This document shows positions 1 to 13,786 of a DNA stretch of 64,000 nt, in pieces. The first letter of the stretch is position 1, and each line of letters begins with the position of its first letter. This stretch comes from Camelus ferus (taxonomy: Eukaryota). The position numbers and the translations under genes were made by a program. The stretch spans positions 89,964,001 through 90,028,000 of the forward strand of contig NC_045697.1 of the NCBI RefSeq assembly GCF_009834535.1, written 5' to 3'. The notes beneath the pieces are model-generated. The model ran no database searches. It had not been told where the DNA came from and was given only the letters and a program-made list of their open reading frames with translations.

Positions 1-189
1 TTCTAAATTCAAAAATGATTATGTAATAACATTTATCAGTATTTTCTTACTTTGAGAAGAAAATTGTCACTTGTTTAAGAATTTCCTTAGCACAGAGTCT
101 AAAACATTTCTGCTTTATTTTCTTCAAAAATATTTTCAGTATCACTTACTCATTACCTTATTTATTTTTATATTTTTGTCTTTAATTCA

Positions 190-688
190 CCTAGTGTTTA
201 TTTCTTGCAGGTATAAATGACTTGGAGTAAGTGTTAGGAGACAATTCTCCTTAAGTCGCTCATATCTGCATGTCATAATAACTGGAAAGGCAGTTACTGC
301 CCTTTGTTCCAGACTATCTCCAAGGATGCTGGTACAGTGAGCAGTCTTGGCATAGGAGGGTAATTTTTCCTTCCTGGGCAAAGGACAAGCAGGTTTACTA
401 CCAATTCTTTAAGAATAAGTTCCCTAGGAAAAAGATCCCTCTCTGCAATGCAACCCACTTTATAGCAAGTAGCTTCTGGCCCTCTTTGTGAAAATCTGTG
501 GGATTTGAGCACTGGGGAATGGACAGAAAAATTATCACACTCTAGCCACTGTGAAAGCAGTGAGTAATAAAATATAATTAATCACTGATCTAAGTCTCAT
601 TTCTTCTACAAGCATCCATGAAACTATAGCAGGCTAACATGTTAGCTTATATGCAGAGGGAAATTGCAGACCCTTCACAATTTTTGAG
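190..688 (+). mobile_element. Old ERV1-type solo LTR (MER34/MER39-like)
   Basis: AATAAA at ~566 followed by U5-like ...gttagctt...cagacccttcacaatttttga end; family from recalled consensus. Confidence 0.45.
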
Positions 689-1059
689 GATTTAGAAATT
701 AATTTTATGTTTTTCCAAATCAATATTAATTACTCAAAGTATTCTAGCCTTTTCCTCATGAGTTGAATGTCATCTTGATCCTGTGTTAAATTTCTTGAAC
801 TATTTTATTCTTTTTAGTAGTATATCAGTTGATTCTCTTGAATCTTCTAGGTGAATTTGGAAGCAGTTTTTAGAATGGTGATAGAGACTAGAGAAACACA
901 AGTTTACTTAATATCTGTTTAACTTCCATATTTTTCTCCTGGAAAGGCTAGAATAATCACATAAATATGACAATCAAAGGTCAAGATAAATGAGACTTGG
1001 ATAAAGCAATGTTAAGAATCTGAATAAGTTCTAGGTTCTTTTTTAAGGTACACTATATC

Positions 1060-1458
1060 CAGAGATAGGCTGGTAAAATTTAAACCCTCTCGAGTGAAAG
1101 ATGTGGGGGAAAGCTCTGATTAGCAGCATTTCCATTTACACAGTGTAAATACTCCCATCATGGCCAATTTCAAGCTGCCAACATGACATCACTGAAAACA
1201 GAGTTAGGGATAAATGAACAGTAGCACAGCAGAAGGTAGCATTACCTTGTGCCAGATACATTAGACATAAATAACCACAGAAACATATAGTAAAATAATT
1301 AAGAAACAATAATTTTTGCTTTTAATATGGTTTATTTTATTGTATATTTATATATTTATTTTTAATAGCAGCTATGTTTAACATTTGCTCACATATTCCT
1401 GAAAATGATAACAGTCAGCTCTCATGATCCAGAATGAACTGGCTCCAGAGTACCACTC
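1060..1458. mobile_element. hAT-Blackjack MITE (MER63-like) within CR1/L3 fragments (~850-1570)
   Basis: End ...cagctctcatgatccagaatgaactggctccagagtaccact resembles the MER63 terminus; flanks resemble CR1 ORF2. Confidence 0.55.
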
Positions 1459-2724
1459 ATTGCCAAGGACATTGAAGACAGTGGATATAAAATCTCTAAG
1501 CCACCATCTGTGATCTTCTAGAGGGCATAGGGAACAGACGTAATGTCAGAAAAATGAATGAGAAGAGATTTAATTAATAATTCTAGAGTCAAATAAAATG
1601 CACACCTAAATCATGCAGTTTATGTTAATTTCATTTCCAAAACAGAAGAAAAATGAAAAAAATAGAGTAAGTTTTACTCTCAGTATATTATCCAACAGTT
1701 TGATCACATCTTTTTCCTAATTTCTGCTTCTAACAGGACATTGGTGAAAGGCTTTGGAAAACTGTAATGTAAATTTCAGTAACAACCCATTCTGCCTTGA
1801 TTACACAGATACTGCCTAATTTATTTTTATTTTAGGGGAATTAACATCCTTGTCTCTACCATGCTCCATTATTTGTTTTGATTCTGTCTTTGAAGATCTG
1901 AATGAGTTTAGATGAACAGTAATTGGTCAGCCACTGAGGCCAAGCATTAAAACTTCCAATTCAAGAAACAGTATTCTTGAGAAAGTTCTGAGCAAAGACA
2001 GCATACAGTAATGGAAAAAAGAGTAATAACCTTAATTCTAGTGTGTGCTACCACAAATGCAGGAGTTCATATGACACACATAACTAACCTTGTTTTTAAA
2101 AAGAGAGAGCCAAAAGCCATTTTAAATCATCAAATATTCACGGCCAGCCATGAACTCTGAAGCCAGGCAGAAAACATGGCAAAACTTGACCTCTTTTTCT
2201 TCAAAGAAGAAATAGGATTTGTAGAGGTTTCTTTTTAATCCTTTAATCACTGTCTTCCTGCACATCCCATTTCTTGGGAGTCGGGGAAGTTCAAACTTAT
2301 TTCAACTGGGCAATGGAGTCAGGAGGGAAATTTTATAAGGAAGCTAATTAAAATTATGAACTTACAGGAGAGAGCTGAGAATGACTGATTTTACACATTA
2401 TAGCCAAACATAACAAGGAAAGCTAAAGATTTTTTTTCTTTAGTTTTGGAGTAAGGAGTGAAGAAAGTTGAGACAAAGAGACCTCATGGAGGCAAAAACA
2501 AGCATATGGAAAAAGTTACTTAAAACATAAATTCTAAACTATACCAGAATGTTCAATAAGCAATTTATTTTTACAGTCAAAAGCATGAGAAAGGAGAATA
2601 AATGAAGCACAAAATGAAGATGAAAAAAAAATCAAGTCAAATGGGCTTTTTGGATGCTTGTCTAACTCTAATATTTATGTAAAAGAAGAATTTCTTTGAC
2701 TTAATGAAAAAAAAGAAATTATAT

Positions 2725-2830
2725 CTTCAACGATTTTAAAGCATCCTAGCCATCATAAAATCCAGTGCAGTGACTGACATCGTTTGAAGTGTGATTAGAA
2801 ACATAGTGTCTTCAAGATTTGCATGGCTTA
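2725..2830 (-). pseudogene. Candidate pseudo-exon, 106 nt
   Basis: gtatttatttttaattcatctag| acceptor; putative dead donor AAG|Atataa; frame ambiguous. Confidence 0.3.
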
Positions 2831-3041
2831 CTAGATGAATTAAAAATAAATACAGCTTTGATCCTTAAATCAGCTTAAGAGTTGGTAAGTATTTTAGCCA
2901 GTAAATGCTGGTTTTTAAGAAAATGCTCTAAGTATTCTAGTGAGCTATGCTTTTGATAATAGCATTCTGCTGCAAACACCTAGATATAAAGACTTTGCAA
3001 AAAATGAGTTAATGTAATTCACTAAAAGCTTTTATTTTGAC

Positions 3042-3149
3042 CTGAGTACAATGTAGTAGTATTTTTAAGATAGACTGTTTATGGTTCTCATGAATAGAAT
3101 TCTGTACTCTTTTGCCAATAAATACTACTCCATGTCTAAATTTTATTTT
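3042..3149 (-). pseudogene. Pseudo-exon, KIKFRHGVVFIGKRVQNSIHENHKQSILKILLHCTQ
   Basis: Pyrimidine tract ttttcttcctgtcaaCG| (AG mutated), CAG|gtcaaa donor; 108 nt fully open phase 0-0. Confidence 0.4.
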
Positions 3150-4539
3150 CGTTGACAGGAAGAAAAGCAAACATAAATACTTAGAGGGAAATTGAATAAA
3201 GTGAGTCAATGAGTATAATCAAATAATCAAGATGTAAGAACCTGGAGAAAACACTTAATTTACTCTCTTCTAAATAAAAAAAAAAATGAATAGTTAACAA
3301 TTGCAAAAATTGCAGTTTGCATAAAATATTATACTGGAATTTACATGGTTTGAGATTTCAACACAAGGAATTGAGTTCTAATTAGGAATTGCATTAGGTG
3401 TTTAAATAATGATTATTTCTTCTTTTGCTGAAATATGTCGAGATAAATGTAATTATCATATCACACATAAATATAAGCCCATGTATTCAAACTAGTAAAC
3501 CCAAAGCAAGAAGTTTCCATTATTTTCCCTCCATTGAATACCTTGTTCTTTGACTATTATATTCTATACTAATATTCAAAGACAGCATTTATATTTCTCT
3601 TTGCTTCTTTCATATCCAACACTAGAAAATTCATCTGCTACATCTGAAAAAATTCTAATTTTTGTTCTGTGTTATATTATTCCACTGTAAGGATAGTATG
3701 GAGATAGCTGGTTTTTACAGTAGGCATAAAAATGTCATCCCAATTTGGGTTATCCCCACATTCTAATTGATTTTTTAGATTTACATCAATGAAATATACT
3801 CTGTATGGTTTATTTTGATATAATTATATGGCCTTTGACAAATGCATAGAGTTAAGTATCTACTATCACAGTCGTGATACAGAACCTTTCCATTCCTCCA
3901 AAATTCCTTCATGCTGTCCTTTTATAATCAATATGGGAGTGTTTTTGAACCTCTATACCAATTCAGTCCTGTCACTGGCCCTAATTCTAGATATTTCAGT
4001 TGTGCAAGAAAATTAATTCCTTTTTAAAGTTTAAGTTTGGATCAAGTTTGTTGTCACTTGAATTTAAAAGATGCCTAGCTGATTTGAAACATATAGACAA
4101 ATTACTAATAAAAATTAAGATTATTTAGTCTATTAAGAAAAGAGCTTTTAGAAAATGAAATCTGTCTTTGAGTACTACAAAGAACGAGCATTTGTTAGCT
4201 CCTGGTAGCAGGACTAGGATGAAAATTTGAATGTGACACTTAAGATAAGACAGAAGAACATATGTCCAGGATTTTGTGGAGAAAAAAATTAAACATTCTT
4301 TGGGATTTGGACTAAAGTATGTGTCTTCCAAGATTAATGACCTATAATTTTATAATTCTTTGAAGGTATGATGAAAGAAGTTTTGAATGAAGAATTTAAA
4401 AGACAGGGATTAAGAAGCTACCATACAAAGAGCAAGTATGGAGGTGTACTGAACACCCTGGGAAAATATGGACAATATCAGAACAAAATAAGCTAAGAGA
4501 AGGAGCCAGTAGAGAGGAATATGAGCAGAGCATGGTTGG

Positions 4540-4740
4540 AATAGTCCTAATTTGTGTAGTTGCAAGACCTGGACCTCAATTTCATTTTCTCTACAACCTA
4601 TTAATATGTGTTTATATGAGCATGACCAAATCATTTAAATTCTCTAGTATCCAGACCTGAAAATAAGCAGCAATAATAATAAAATCCCTATTTATTTCAC
4701 ATAGTTACTTTCAAGACCAAACAAAATGATCTATTTAAAA
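4540..4740 (+). mobile_element. MIR SINE fragment
   Basis: agacctggacctcaattt...gaccaaatcatttaaattctct...aaaataagcagcaataataat core-like sequence. Confidence 0.5.
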
Positions 4741-4910
4741 GACTATTTTTTTAATTATGAAGCTTTTTCATGAATATGTCATTATTTTTCCTTTTGCTAT
4801 AACTGTCTTAGTGGAAATTTAAAAACAAGTACAGATATATAAGATGGAAGCAGAAATATGTACTGAGAGCTTAGAAAAACTGTCAAGATAGAAGACAGTA
4901 TTTTTTTTAC

Positions 4911-5298
4911 CTTAAGACTATCTTTATTCCTACTAGTCTTTTCATGCAACCCAGGTTTGAATGAGATTGTATCGTAGCTTTCAGTTCCTCCTCCCACTAT
5001 TCTCCCCAAATACTCATTAGTCCCAGGAGTAACAGATGGGATCAACCATCTCGGGAGTTTTAGTCACACCCATCTTCCCTGAGACCCTGGGTAGATTTTC
5101 ATGCGACCGCAGTGAACTCTTGAGTTGGATGGGAACATCCCCAGCAGTGAGAAGACTGCGTGGACAACTGAGTAGGCCCAGAGTCATGTTTCAATGGCAG
5201 CTGTCTTATTCTTCTTGAAGGCAAGGAAAACTTAAGACATTGGGAAGAAGAATTCTCAGCTAGGGAACTTAAAGGTCCAAAAGGATGTTAATAAAAGC
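4911..5298 (-). pseudogene. Pseudo-exon, AFINILLDL*VP*LRILLPNVL[fs]FLAFKKNKTAAIET*LWAYSVVHAVFSLLGMFPSNSRVHCGRMKIYPGSQGRWV*LKLPRWLIPSVTPGTNEYLGRIVGGGTESYDTISFKPGLHEKTSRNKDSLK
   Basis: gcctcttctctgtgttaatag| acceptor, AAG|gtaaaa donor; elevated GC/CpG; long nearly open frame ending phase 0. Confidence 0.65.
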
Positions 5299-5394
5299 CT
5301 ATTAACACAGAGAAGAGGCTAAGTATTCTTTAGCTGGGGTCAATTCCTATTCGGTGGCAAAGTGAACAGTGTGTTTTGTTTGGATTGGACTTAC

Positions 5395-5519
5395 ATGAAA
5401 CATATATATAAGGAAAAATTCATTAAAACTCTAGGTCTGAGAATGTATATAGTACTGTAGCTAAGCAACCAAAAAGTTTCATTTGTCCAGGAAAAGGTAA
5501 ATTGAGACAGGACATGTGA
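5395..5519 (-). pseudogene. Pseudo-exon, 125 nt (SHVLSQFTFSWTNETF... or HMSCLNLPFPGQMKLFGCLATVLYTFSDLEF**IFPYIYV)
   Basis: acatatattttcag| acceptor, CAT|gtaagt donor, 96-nt intron to the next exon. Confidence 0.55.
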
Positions 5520-6018
5520 CTGAAAATATATGTATATCCTAAGTAGTTGCACACAGAACCATAGCAAAGCCACAGAAGAAAATCCAGGCTAGCCTGGAAT
5601 ATATTTAGAGGAATGAGGATGTTATAAAAGGCAACTATCCAAAGGGCCTAAAAACGAAATTTTACGACTCATGCCTCTCTCTAATTGTGGCAGAGTAACA
5701 GACATACAGTTTCTGATGAAGAAAATCTAGACGAAATCTCCCACTAAGTAGCATAGAAAGGTCAAATGATGGATCACTAACAAAATATAACTAAACAAAT
5801 TTTAAAAAGGTAAGCCAAATGCTTAAATGCTGTCATCCCACACCTTTCTACTCTATGTTCCCAGCACTCTTCCCACATACTACACATGTGCCCTCACAAG
5901 CAGCTGGAGTTATACCTGTCATTAACTTCACTTTGCATGAGTAAAATGAAATGTGATGGTGATATATTGCAAAGCACATTCAAAAACAAGTTTTAGCTAC
6001 GGAGGTTATGTTGTATAC

Positions 6019-6071
6019 TTGTTTGCCATCACAATGCATTCAGTTGACTTTACAAATTTGCTCAGATTTAA
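6019..6071 (-). pseudogene. Candidate pseudo-exon, LNLSKFVKSTECIVMAN
   Basis: acacttttaag| acceptor, CAA|gtatac donor; only the phase 0-2 frame is open; weak sites. Confidence 0.3.
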
Positions 6072-7309
6072 CTTAAAAGTGTAATATCAGTTATTGTTCA
6101 CTGAACCTCAACTGGGCAGGCCAAGTCAGCCTTGAGACCAAAGAGCCATACCCAATTCCTATAGACCTACAGATGCAATGGGAAGAAGAGGCCCTTGCTG
6201 CCCGGCTTCCCAGCACCAAGCAACAATCATCAAAATAGTTTCAGAAAATGGCTAGAACTCAAAATGCCTCAATGTTAACCACCTTTATGTATTTGGGGAT
6301 CGCTCTAGGGTATACGACAAATATGCTCACGATCAAATTCTTTGTAGCTGATTGGTTGGACATCTTTGCCAATGCTCCACTTGGAAGAGCGAGAAAGGGT
6401 AAAGCTCTGGCTGCTGGCATCACCTGGGAGTGCTGAAGGACTTGGGACCGAAGCTGCAGGGTTCTGTGAGAACAGTGGTGGGAGATGTGGGTGAGTGTAC
6501 CCCTAGTTTTACTCAGTGTAGTGAAATGCATCTTTCAGGTTTCATTTCAACTTTCCCTATCACTGGGATCTAAACACAGACCCTAGCCAAGGATTGCCTG
6601 TTCATTGCCATTCTTCCTACTCGGCCTGTTCCGCTTAAATCCATTGTGCTGACACATGATTCTGGTATAGTTAGTTTGTTATCATTGTCATCATTGTCAC
6701 TGTTACTGTTGTTCTGCTGAGAGTCTTCAAAACTACCTTCCTGCCACATTGTCAGTTTGCCAGATGTGGCAAAAGCATGAAATTTTTTTCCCAGAGGCTC
6801 CTCAACCCAGTGCAAAGACCTTCTTTTGGGGCCCATCCTGTCAGTTCACCAAATATACCCAGATATGTGTGAGCCCCAGCAATGGGCTGAAGGTCTGGAC
6901 ACAAGCTGAGATCCCAATTATGCATATTTATGTTTTGGAGCAAGTGATTGTGATTGAACTCAATTTCTACAAAGGTTAAACTTTTTATGTCAATTCTATA
7001 CTAAAAACACTCTCCTGGCTAACCACTGTTTGCATTAGCATTTAATAAAGTACATTCGTGGAACTTAATAGCAGTGAGGGGTTCCATGAGAAAAAGTCAG
7101 ATAAAAGGGCTATTTTCTCTATCTCCCTACTGGAATGTTCAAATTAGCATATTAAAATCTTTGCTCATCTACAGAAATAAAAAAATGTTTTCCAAAACCA
7201 GTTAGCTTTCACCCTCCTTAATGACTCTCTGACAACCTCTTGACTAAATTATTCTCACAAGCATATATGCTAATTTGGAACATATACATTCTGCTATCAT
7301 TACACATAC

Positions 7310-9050
7310 CATAATCTTTTAATTTTCATTTCAAAGTAATTTCAGACTTATAAAAGGTTGAAAATATATTACAAAGAATTCCCATTTACCCTTCACTAAG
7401 CTTCTCTAAAAGGTAACTTATTACACAACCCTAGGAAAGCACCAGAATCAGAAAAGTAACAGTGATACTACACAATTAAATAATCTACAGAAACCACTTC
7501 ACCCACTAATATCCTTTTAGGATCTGGTATCCAACCAAGGATCTCACATGGCATTTAGATGTCATGTCTCCTTAGTTTTCTACAATCTGTAACAGTGCTT
7601 CTTTCTTTGCTTATGTTTCAAGGCCTTGAAACTTCTGAAGAATTATCTTATAGACAAGCCCTCGTTGTAAGTTTGTTCTGCATGATTAAATTCAGGTTTT
7701 GTGTTTTGATAAGAATTCCACATAAGTGACAATGTGCTCCTCTCAGTGCATCAAATCAAGAGACAAGTGATAGCAATATGTCTGTTACTGGTTGACTGAG
7801 ATGGTATCTACCAGGTTATGCCAAAAAAATAATAAAAAATTATTTTTCCTGTGTAATTAATAAATATCTTTTAGGTATCTATTTTGAGACTCTGCATTAA
7901 TCTTGTGTCTCATAGTTTTTCCAACTAGTTCTAGCATTCATTGATGCAACAGTTATTACTGTGTTGATTGCCATACAGTGCTTTCAATTTCCATCCTTTC
8001 TGCTTCATTAATTACATGGAATTTTACTCCAAGAGAGAGAACCTCTAATGAATTTATTTATTCAATTACCTATAACTCAATGAACTCATCAATTTTTATT
8101 TTATTTTATTAATTACATTCATTGTTACAATTATTTATTTCATTGCTCTAATCACCCCATATGTGGTCATTGGGAGCTCCTTCAAGCTGGTTCCTGTGTT
8201 CTTTCAACATGTAGGTTTACGCTGAAATTTCCTTACCCAGACATGGATCAGTCACTTCTCCAAGTTAGCCTCATTCCTTTAATTTGAGAATGGTATTTAG
8301 AAACCAAGATATCGAAACTAACTGCGCTCATTGTTACTGGGGCTTTATCGCTTCTTAGAGAGCAAAGCTAGGAAACAATGTATCTAGACACATACACATA
8401 GTCTGTATATAACTGATTCCACTCTAGTATTATCCCTTTCCATATTTATAACTCCTTTGGAATATATACGCAGAAGTGGGATTGCTGGGTCATATGGTAG
8501 CTCTATTTTTAGTTTTTTTAAGACCATTCATACTGTTTTCTGTAGTGGCCTTTGTTTCTTAATCCATTCAGCCATTTTATGTCTTTTAATGGGAGAATTT
8601 AGTCCATTTGCAATTAAAGTAATTATTGATAGGTATGGGCTTATTATTACCATTTTGCCCACTGTTTTCTGGCTTTTTTGTAGTTCCTTTGTTCCTCTCG
8701 TCTCTTTATGTCTTCCTTGGTGATTGGATAATTTCCTGTAGCGGTATGCTTAGACTCCTTTTCTCTTTCTCTTCGTCTATGATAGGCTTTTGCTTTGTGG
8801 TTACCATGAGACATATAAAACATCTTATAACAGTCTCTTTTAAGCTGGTAAAAACTTAGGTTCAAAAGCATAATAAAGTTCTATATTTTTGTTCTCTCCT
8901 ACCCCACATTTTATGTTTTTAATGTCACAATTTACACCCTGTTTTCCTTGTGGATCTATTCCCAATTTTTTGTATAGTTATTTTTAAAATTTTTGGTTTT
9001 TAACCTTCATACTAAAGCTACAAATGATTTACCACCACCTTTACAATTTT
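7310..9050 (-). mobile_element. Old L1 fragments (L1MC/ME-type 3' end plus ORF2 and ORF1-linker pieces)
   Basis: tttcagacttataaaaggttgaaa...aagaattcccatttacccttcac 3' UTR motif; agaagtgggattgctgggtcatatggtagctctattttt ORF2 antisense. Confidence 0.7.
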
Positions 9051-9399
9051 AGAGGAAAGGAATATTCTGCAAGCTTTTAAAACACAGTGTTTTCAAAAAG
9101 TCATTGGAAAATAAACAGAATGCAAAATAATACCACTCCTTCTTTTAAAGTTCAAATAGAAGCTAAAATTTAATATCTGAATTGTCCATTAAATTTGAGC
9201 TAGTCAAATTATTATTTTATTGCAAATATTTGCAACTAAAATCCACAAATAATGACATTCCTTAACCTATTCAAAAGATTAAAGATGCACTACATGGCAT
9301 TTGAAGCTAACACAATACTGTAAATCAACTATACTTTAATTTTTTTAAAAGATGCACTACATAAAAAACTCAGAAATTCTTATTTTTTATCTGAAAATT

Positions 9400-10150
9400 T
9401 GATTAAGAAGGGAGAAGGTAGGAGGGAAAGTGGAAGGAAAGTGAAAATAGCCTTTCAAGAAGAAGGAAGAACTCACCAATGTTCAATGCTGCAGAGAAGT
9501 CAAAGGATAAGAGGATCAAGAACTAACCATGAGTCAGCAAATGATGAACAATGGTGACTTTGATAAGACCAATTTCTGTGGAGTGAGTGAGTGAGCAGAA
9601 AGCCCATAAACTCCATGAGAGAATGTGAGTAATTACTAACTGCAAATACAGATTGCTATACCCTCAGATTTGCTTTAAAAGGGAGCAGGGAAATGGGACA
9701 ATAGCTAGAGGGAAATGGGGGAAGAGGATTAAAAAATGTTTTGTGTTGTTTTGTTTTTAATTGAAATTCATTACAGTTTTTGCTTGCTTGTTTGTTTGTT
9801 TTAGGCTGGTTGCTGTAATTCAACAAGGAGAGAGAGATGATGAAGCAAAAGGAGAGGGCAGAATTGCTGGAATGTGGTCTTTGAGTAAATAAAAGTGAAA
9901 AGATTCAGTACAAAAATATGAATAGTGGCTTGGATATGGATAATGCATCCAAAATAACAAGAAAAAAGGTAGAGGATATGATCATGGATAATGGGACACT
10001 GACGGTAAGAAACTGTCAGAGTTCACCTGATTTCCTTTTCTCTCTCTGTGAAATTGCGAATAAATCAGGAGGTTTGGTCAAAGGGGAAAAGTTATGAAAA
10101 AGGCATCCAGGAAAGGAAAGGTCTAGAGAAATATGGTATGACTGCTAGAG
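9400..10150 (-). mobile_element. L2 LINE fragment
   Basis: aatgctgcagagaagtcaaaggataagagg...ggtgactttgataagaccaatttctgtggagtg typical of L2 antisense. Confidence 0.6.
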
Positions 10151-11131
10151 AGCAATAAGGAAAGTTTGAGTTTAGCACAGCTGAATACATGACACTTGAA
10201 ATGAAAAAGTATGAAAAGGTACAGGTACAGCCAATGAGGTTAAGAATATGTCAGTATGATCCATAGTAAGTATATGGGTATTAATGTGTTTTCTTGTTAG
10301 GAAGGAATTAGAATACCATTTTTCAAATCCATTTTCTTAAACTTCTTATATAAAGTGATGATTCACAGAAGAATAGATTTATTCTCTGAGAGGGGATATG
10401 TCACTTCATGCCCAGACTCTTATAGCCCATTTACCTAGAAATACACCATTCTCTTTCTCTTTCCCTTAGCTACCCAACCTTCATAATATATTAGATTTTT
10501 CAGATTCATGTCTTATCCAGACCCTTTGTTCTAATCTAGTAGTTACTCAGTTACCACAATTTCAGGCCACAAATGCATGTGACACATGAGACAGAAAAGA
10601 AGAAGAAAAAAAAATTATTGAATAAACCTCCATTATTCAACCCAATTTCTTGAGCTCATATTCTACAAGATCATCAAAAATTAAACATTACTCAGTTAGG
10701 AAACACCCTCTTAATTCCCCAGGTTTGCATCTAAGTTCTTGACAGCTGACACAGTGTCAGGGCATCATTTATCATCTAGCCGCACTGACATGAGGTGTAC
10801 CACCAGGCCCTCCATCTTGGCCATGAGTCCCTGAGGCTGATGTTTAGTCACTTTCATTTTCTAACCACAGAATTCTTACCAACAGGACACTTAGTCACCT
10901 CTTGCCCAACTAGAATGAGACTTTCAAAGGCCCAGAGTAGCAGGTTGGGTCGGGGGAAGATGAGTGGTGGGGAAACAGGCAGGGTCGGGGGGGGGAGCAG
11001 GTGGAAGTAACTGCTCTGCATCTTGTTTTCCCTTTCACTCCCATTCTCCTTCCCCAGTCCTAGGGAATCTATCTGAATTCAATACTGGAAAGAAATTCCC
11101 TGCTTTGACATAACAGTTTTCCTTATTATAC

Positions 11132-11543
11132 CTGAATCCATTCTGTTCTCCTCAGTTGCCCTCAGGAGCTAAAATTTTGATACTCAAAAGTCAGAGAGGA
11201 AAGAACCTTTTTTACTCTGTTTTCTATGGGATTAATTCCAGCATATCCCTTTTCTCAGGTCCAGACCCAGAACTGTTAAGCTGCTAGCTGCACCACCATT
11301 ATTATTTAAGGACCAGGGGAGATCATTCAAAGTATCAAAATTAGTGTCTTGTCTCATTAATTCGATAATGATGGCAGCACATTGCTGAGCTAGGAGGTGA
11401 GAGTCAGAATGCTGGAGTACAAACAGAAGTAATACCCCAGGGGATGACTTCCCAGTGAAAACACTGTGCAAGGAAGCAGTACAAATGCAGGGTACATTTA
11501 TACTTTCAGCATTCACCACTTTGAAATTACCTCAATTGTATTG
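11132..11543 (-). pseudogene. Pseudo-exon, QYN*GNFKVVNAESINVPCICTASLHSVFTGKSSPGVLLLFVLQHSDSHLLAQQCAAIIIELMRQDTNF...LDLRKG[fs]YAGINPIENRVKKVLSSLTFEYQNFSS*GQLRRTEWIQ
   Basis: gtattttttttcttggtgtttcag| acceptor, CAG|gtataa donor; 95-aa ORF 11232-11519; 412 nt = 137 codons + 1 inserted base. Confidence 0.7.
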
Positions 11544-11696
11544 CTGAAACACCAAGAAAAAAAATACTCCTTTTCACTTTTAGATAGACAGACAGATAGA
11601 TAGAAGTAGATAGATAAATATAGATTTATAAATACATACTATATTTATGTAATATATATATATATATTTAAATTAAAAAAAAATCTGGACACTTAA

Positions 11697-11977
11697 CCAG
11701 GGTATGCTTCACAATAAAATCAAGTCAGATAAAAAAAATAGTGCTTTCAGAATTTCAATCCCTGCTTTTAGTTCCAGCACATCTGCAGGAGTGATAAGTT
11801 TTGTGATTTCTTAGAGTCTTGTGGTTAACCTCACAGCATGGAATGAATTATCTACAATTCCATCCTTCATTAAAACACCCTTTCCACAAAATGTGTCAAT
11901 GAAGTCAGAACCTAGCTGGCCACGGATCAGCCAGAGCACTGACCATCCACTTATTTTTTTTTCATCATATTCCTTAA
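11697..11977 (-). pseudogene. Pseudo-exon, KEYDEKKISGWSVLWLIRGQLGSDFIDTFCGKGVLMKDGIVDNSFHAVRLTTRL*EITKLITPADVLELKAGIEILKALFFLSDLILL*SIPW
   Basis: gactatttttctgcag| acceptor; donor mutated TGG|Ttaagt; 281 nt phase 1-0 fits both neighbours; 2 stops in 93 codons. Confidence 0.7.
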
Positions 11978-13718
11978 CTGCAGAAAAATAGTCATTCATT
12001 CCAAAGAGTTTTAAACTGTTTATGTTGTGCCCTGACTAAGTTAAGCACACCTATAATGTTTTAATTTGAACAGGGTGAATATACACATGCATCAAAGTTA
12101 AATGCCATGCCATGTGGATAAACACAAATATCTTTGACCTCAAATGAGACCGAATGATTAAATTTAATCATTCTTCTCTCAGACTGCATAAGTACATTCC
12201 TTTGAAGGATATTTAATAATATTTAGAAAAGTCTTTAACTCATAACCCTGCCCACAAAATCTATAACTCCCAAAGAGTGCTTAAGTTTGGGAAAAAGCAA
12301 AGGAGAATGTCACTTCAGAAGTTGTTTTGGCAACATTAATTTCACATTTTCACTTCTGAGCACATGCAAATTGCTCTTCTCCCATTCCCATTCCTCCCTT
12401 TCATCTCTTGTTCTTCATGAGTTTGTTAAAAAGGAAAGAGTTTGGGTAAAGGCATTCCTCCCTTTTCGTATCTCTACTACGGTGACGTAATCAACCATAA
12501 AGATCCCCAAATTAAAAACATAACATCCCCTCAATTGAACACTTGGGGAGATTTGCCAAAGGCCATTGTTTAGACTCTAGCTAAAGTCTGTAGTCAAGAG
12601 TCATTACCTTCCAGCAGCTGACTGAATTAAACAGACACATATTCAGTAAGCAATAAAAAGAACAATAGAATTTGCACCTGAATTGAAACAGAAGTTTAGA
12701 ATTGAACTTAATGCTCTTAGAAGTAAGAATTTCGTGAGGAGTCAGGGACTATATTACCCTTCAAAACCCTTACAGTGCTTCATAGGCCAATGTAAGAACA
12801 AAGGAAAAACAGTTACAAAAGATGTTTATACAGCCTTTGAATATTTGAAATATTCGAATCTCACTTAAAAAAGAGATCACGTAGCCTAGTTTCTCTTCCT
12901 CAAAAATATAACAAACTTTTTTGGATAATTTAAAGTTATTAATAAAAAACTTTACCCTACTTACATAAATTATATTGATAGGGAACATAATTTTCAAGTG
13001 TAAATGATCTATTACTTTGAATAAATGGGTTGGTACATGTGCCAGAAATCATTATTAGGATGCCAAACCACATCAAAATCAGGTGTTTTATTTTTAAATT
13101 AATATCTACTACTCATCTTTTTTACTCCCTACATTATTCTGGAATTTATTAATGGAATTTATTAATATTTATGATGATATTTCTAGTCATTAAATGCAAA
13201 TTCTTCTTAACTTGTAATGGTTTCTACAACTGTATTTGGAAGTGTAGCTCGATAAAGAAAAGTAATCATTGCTTTGTAATGAAGAGTAAGAATATCAGTT
13301 AATGAGATTGACTATTACACTATAAGAAGTACTTTTAACACAAGCAAGCAGCATGAAGTTGTGTCACAAACTATTTTTATATAGATTTTTAAACTTTCTG
13401 GAGTTGATTCTTACCCTCTTAACCAAGAGTCCTGGTTTTGGGTTTTGTTTTTGGGTTTTTTTTTTGGCATTGATAGGAGTCTTGGCTAAACAGTACCATA
13501 ACTTCACTCCCTTCTCCTGTTCCATGAGAATTCTTGTCACTGATACATGAAAGAATCCTTGGATACATTCTTGCTGTTCATATTCTCTTCAGAGTAGGGA
13601 TTAGAAGTCATCTGCATCAATAACAGATTTATGCATTATATACAACTTTCTTACTAAGCTCTCTTTTTCTTTACAAATGATGGAAAACTGACATAGTATT
13701 TTGGTTAATTGTCCTTAC

Positions 13719-13786
13719 GTTCAAGTAAATTCTTCTGCATTAACTGCAGTCTGTGTTCAAATGATGCCTCCCTTACGCCGTTGGAA
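13719..13786 (-). pseudogene. Pseudo-exon, SNGVREASFEHRLQLMQKNLLE
   Basis: ctcatttatatatttcag| acceptor, AAC|gtaagg donor; only the phase 2-1 frame is open. Confidence 0.65.

Noticed and set aside
1737..1763. Plus-strand acceptor tttttcctaatttctgcttctaacag| with a short exon
   Set aside because: Isolated, with no supporting plus-strand exon chain
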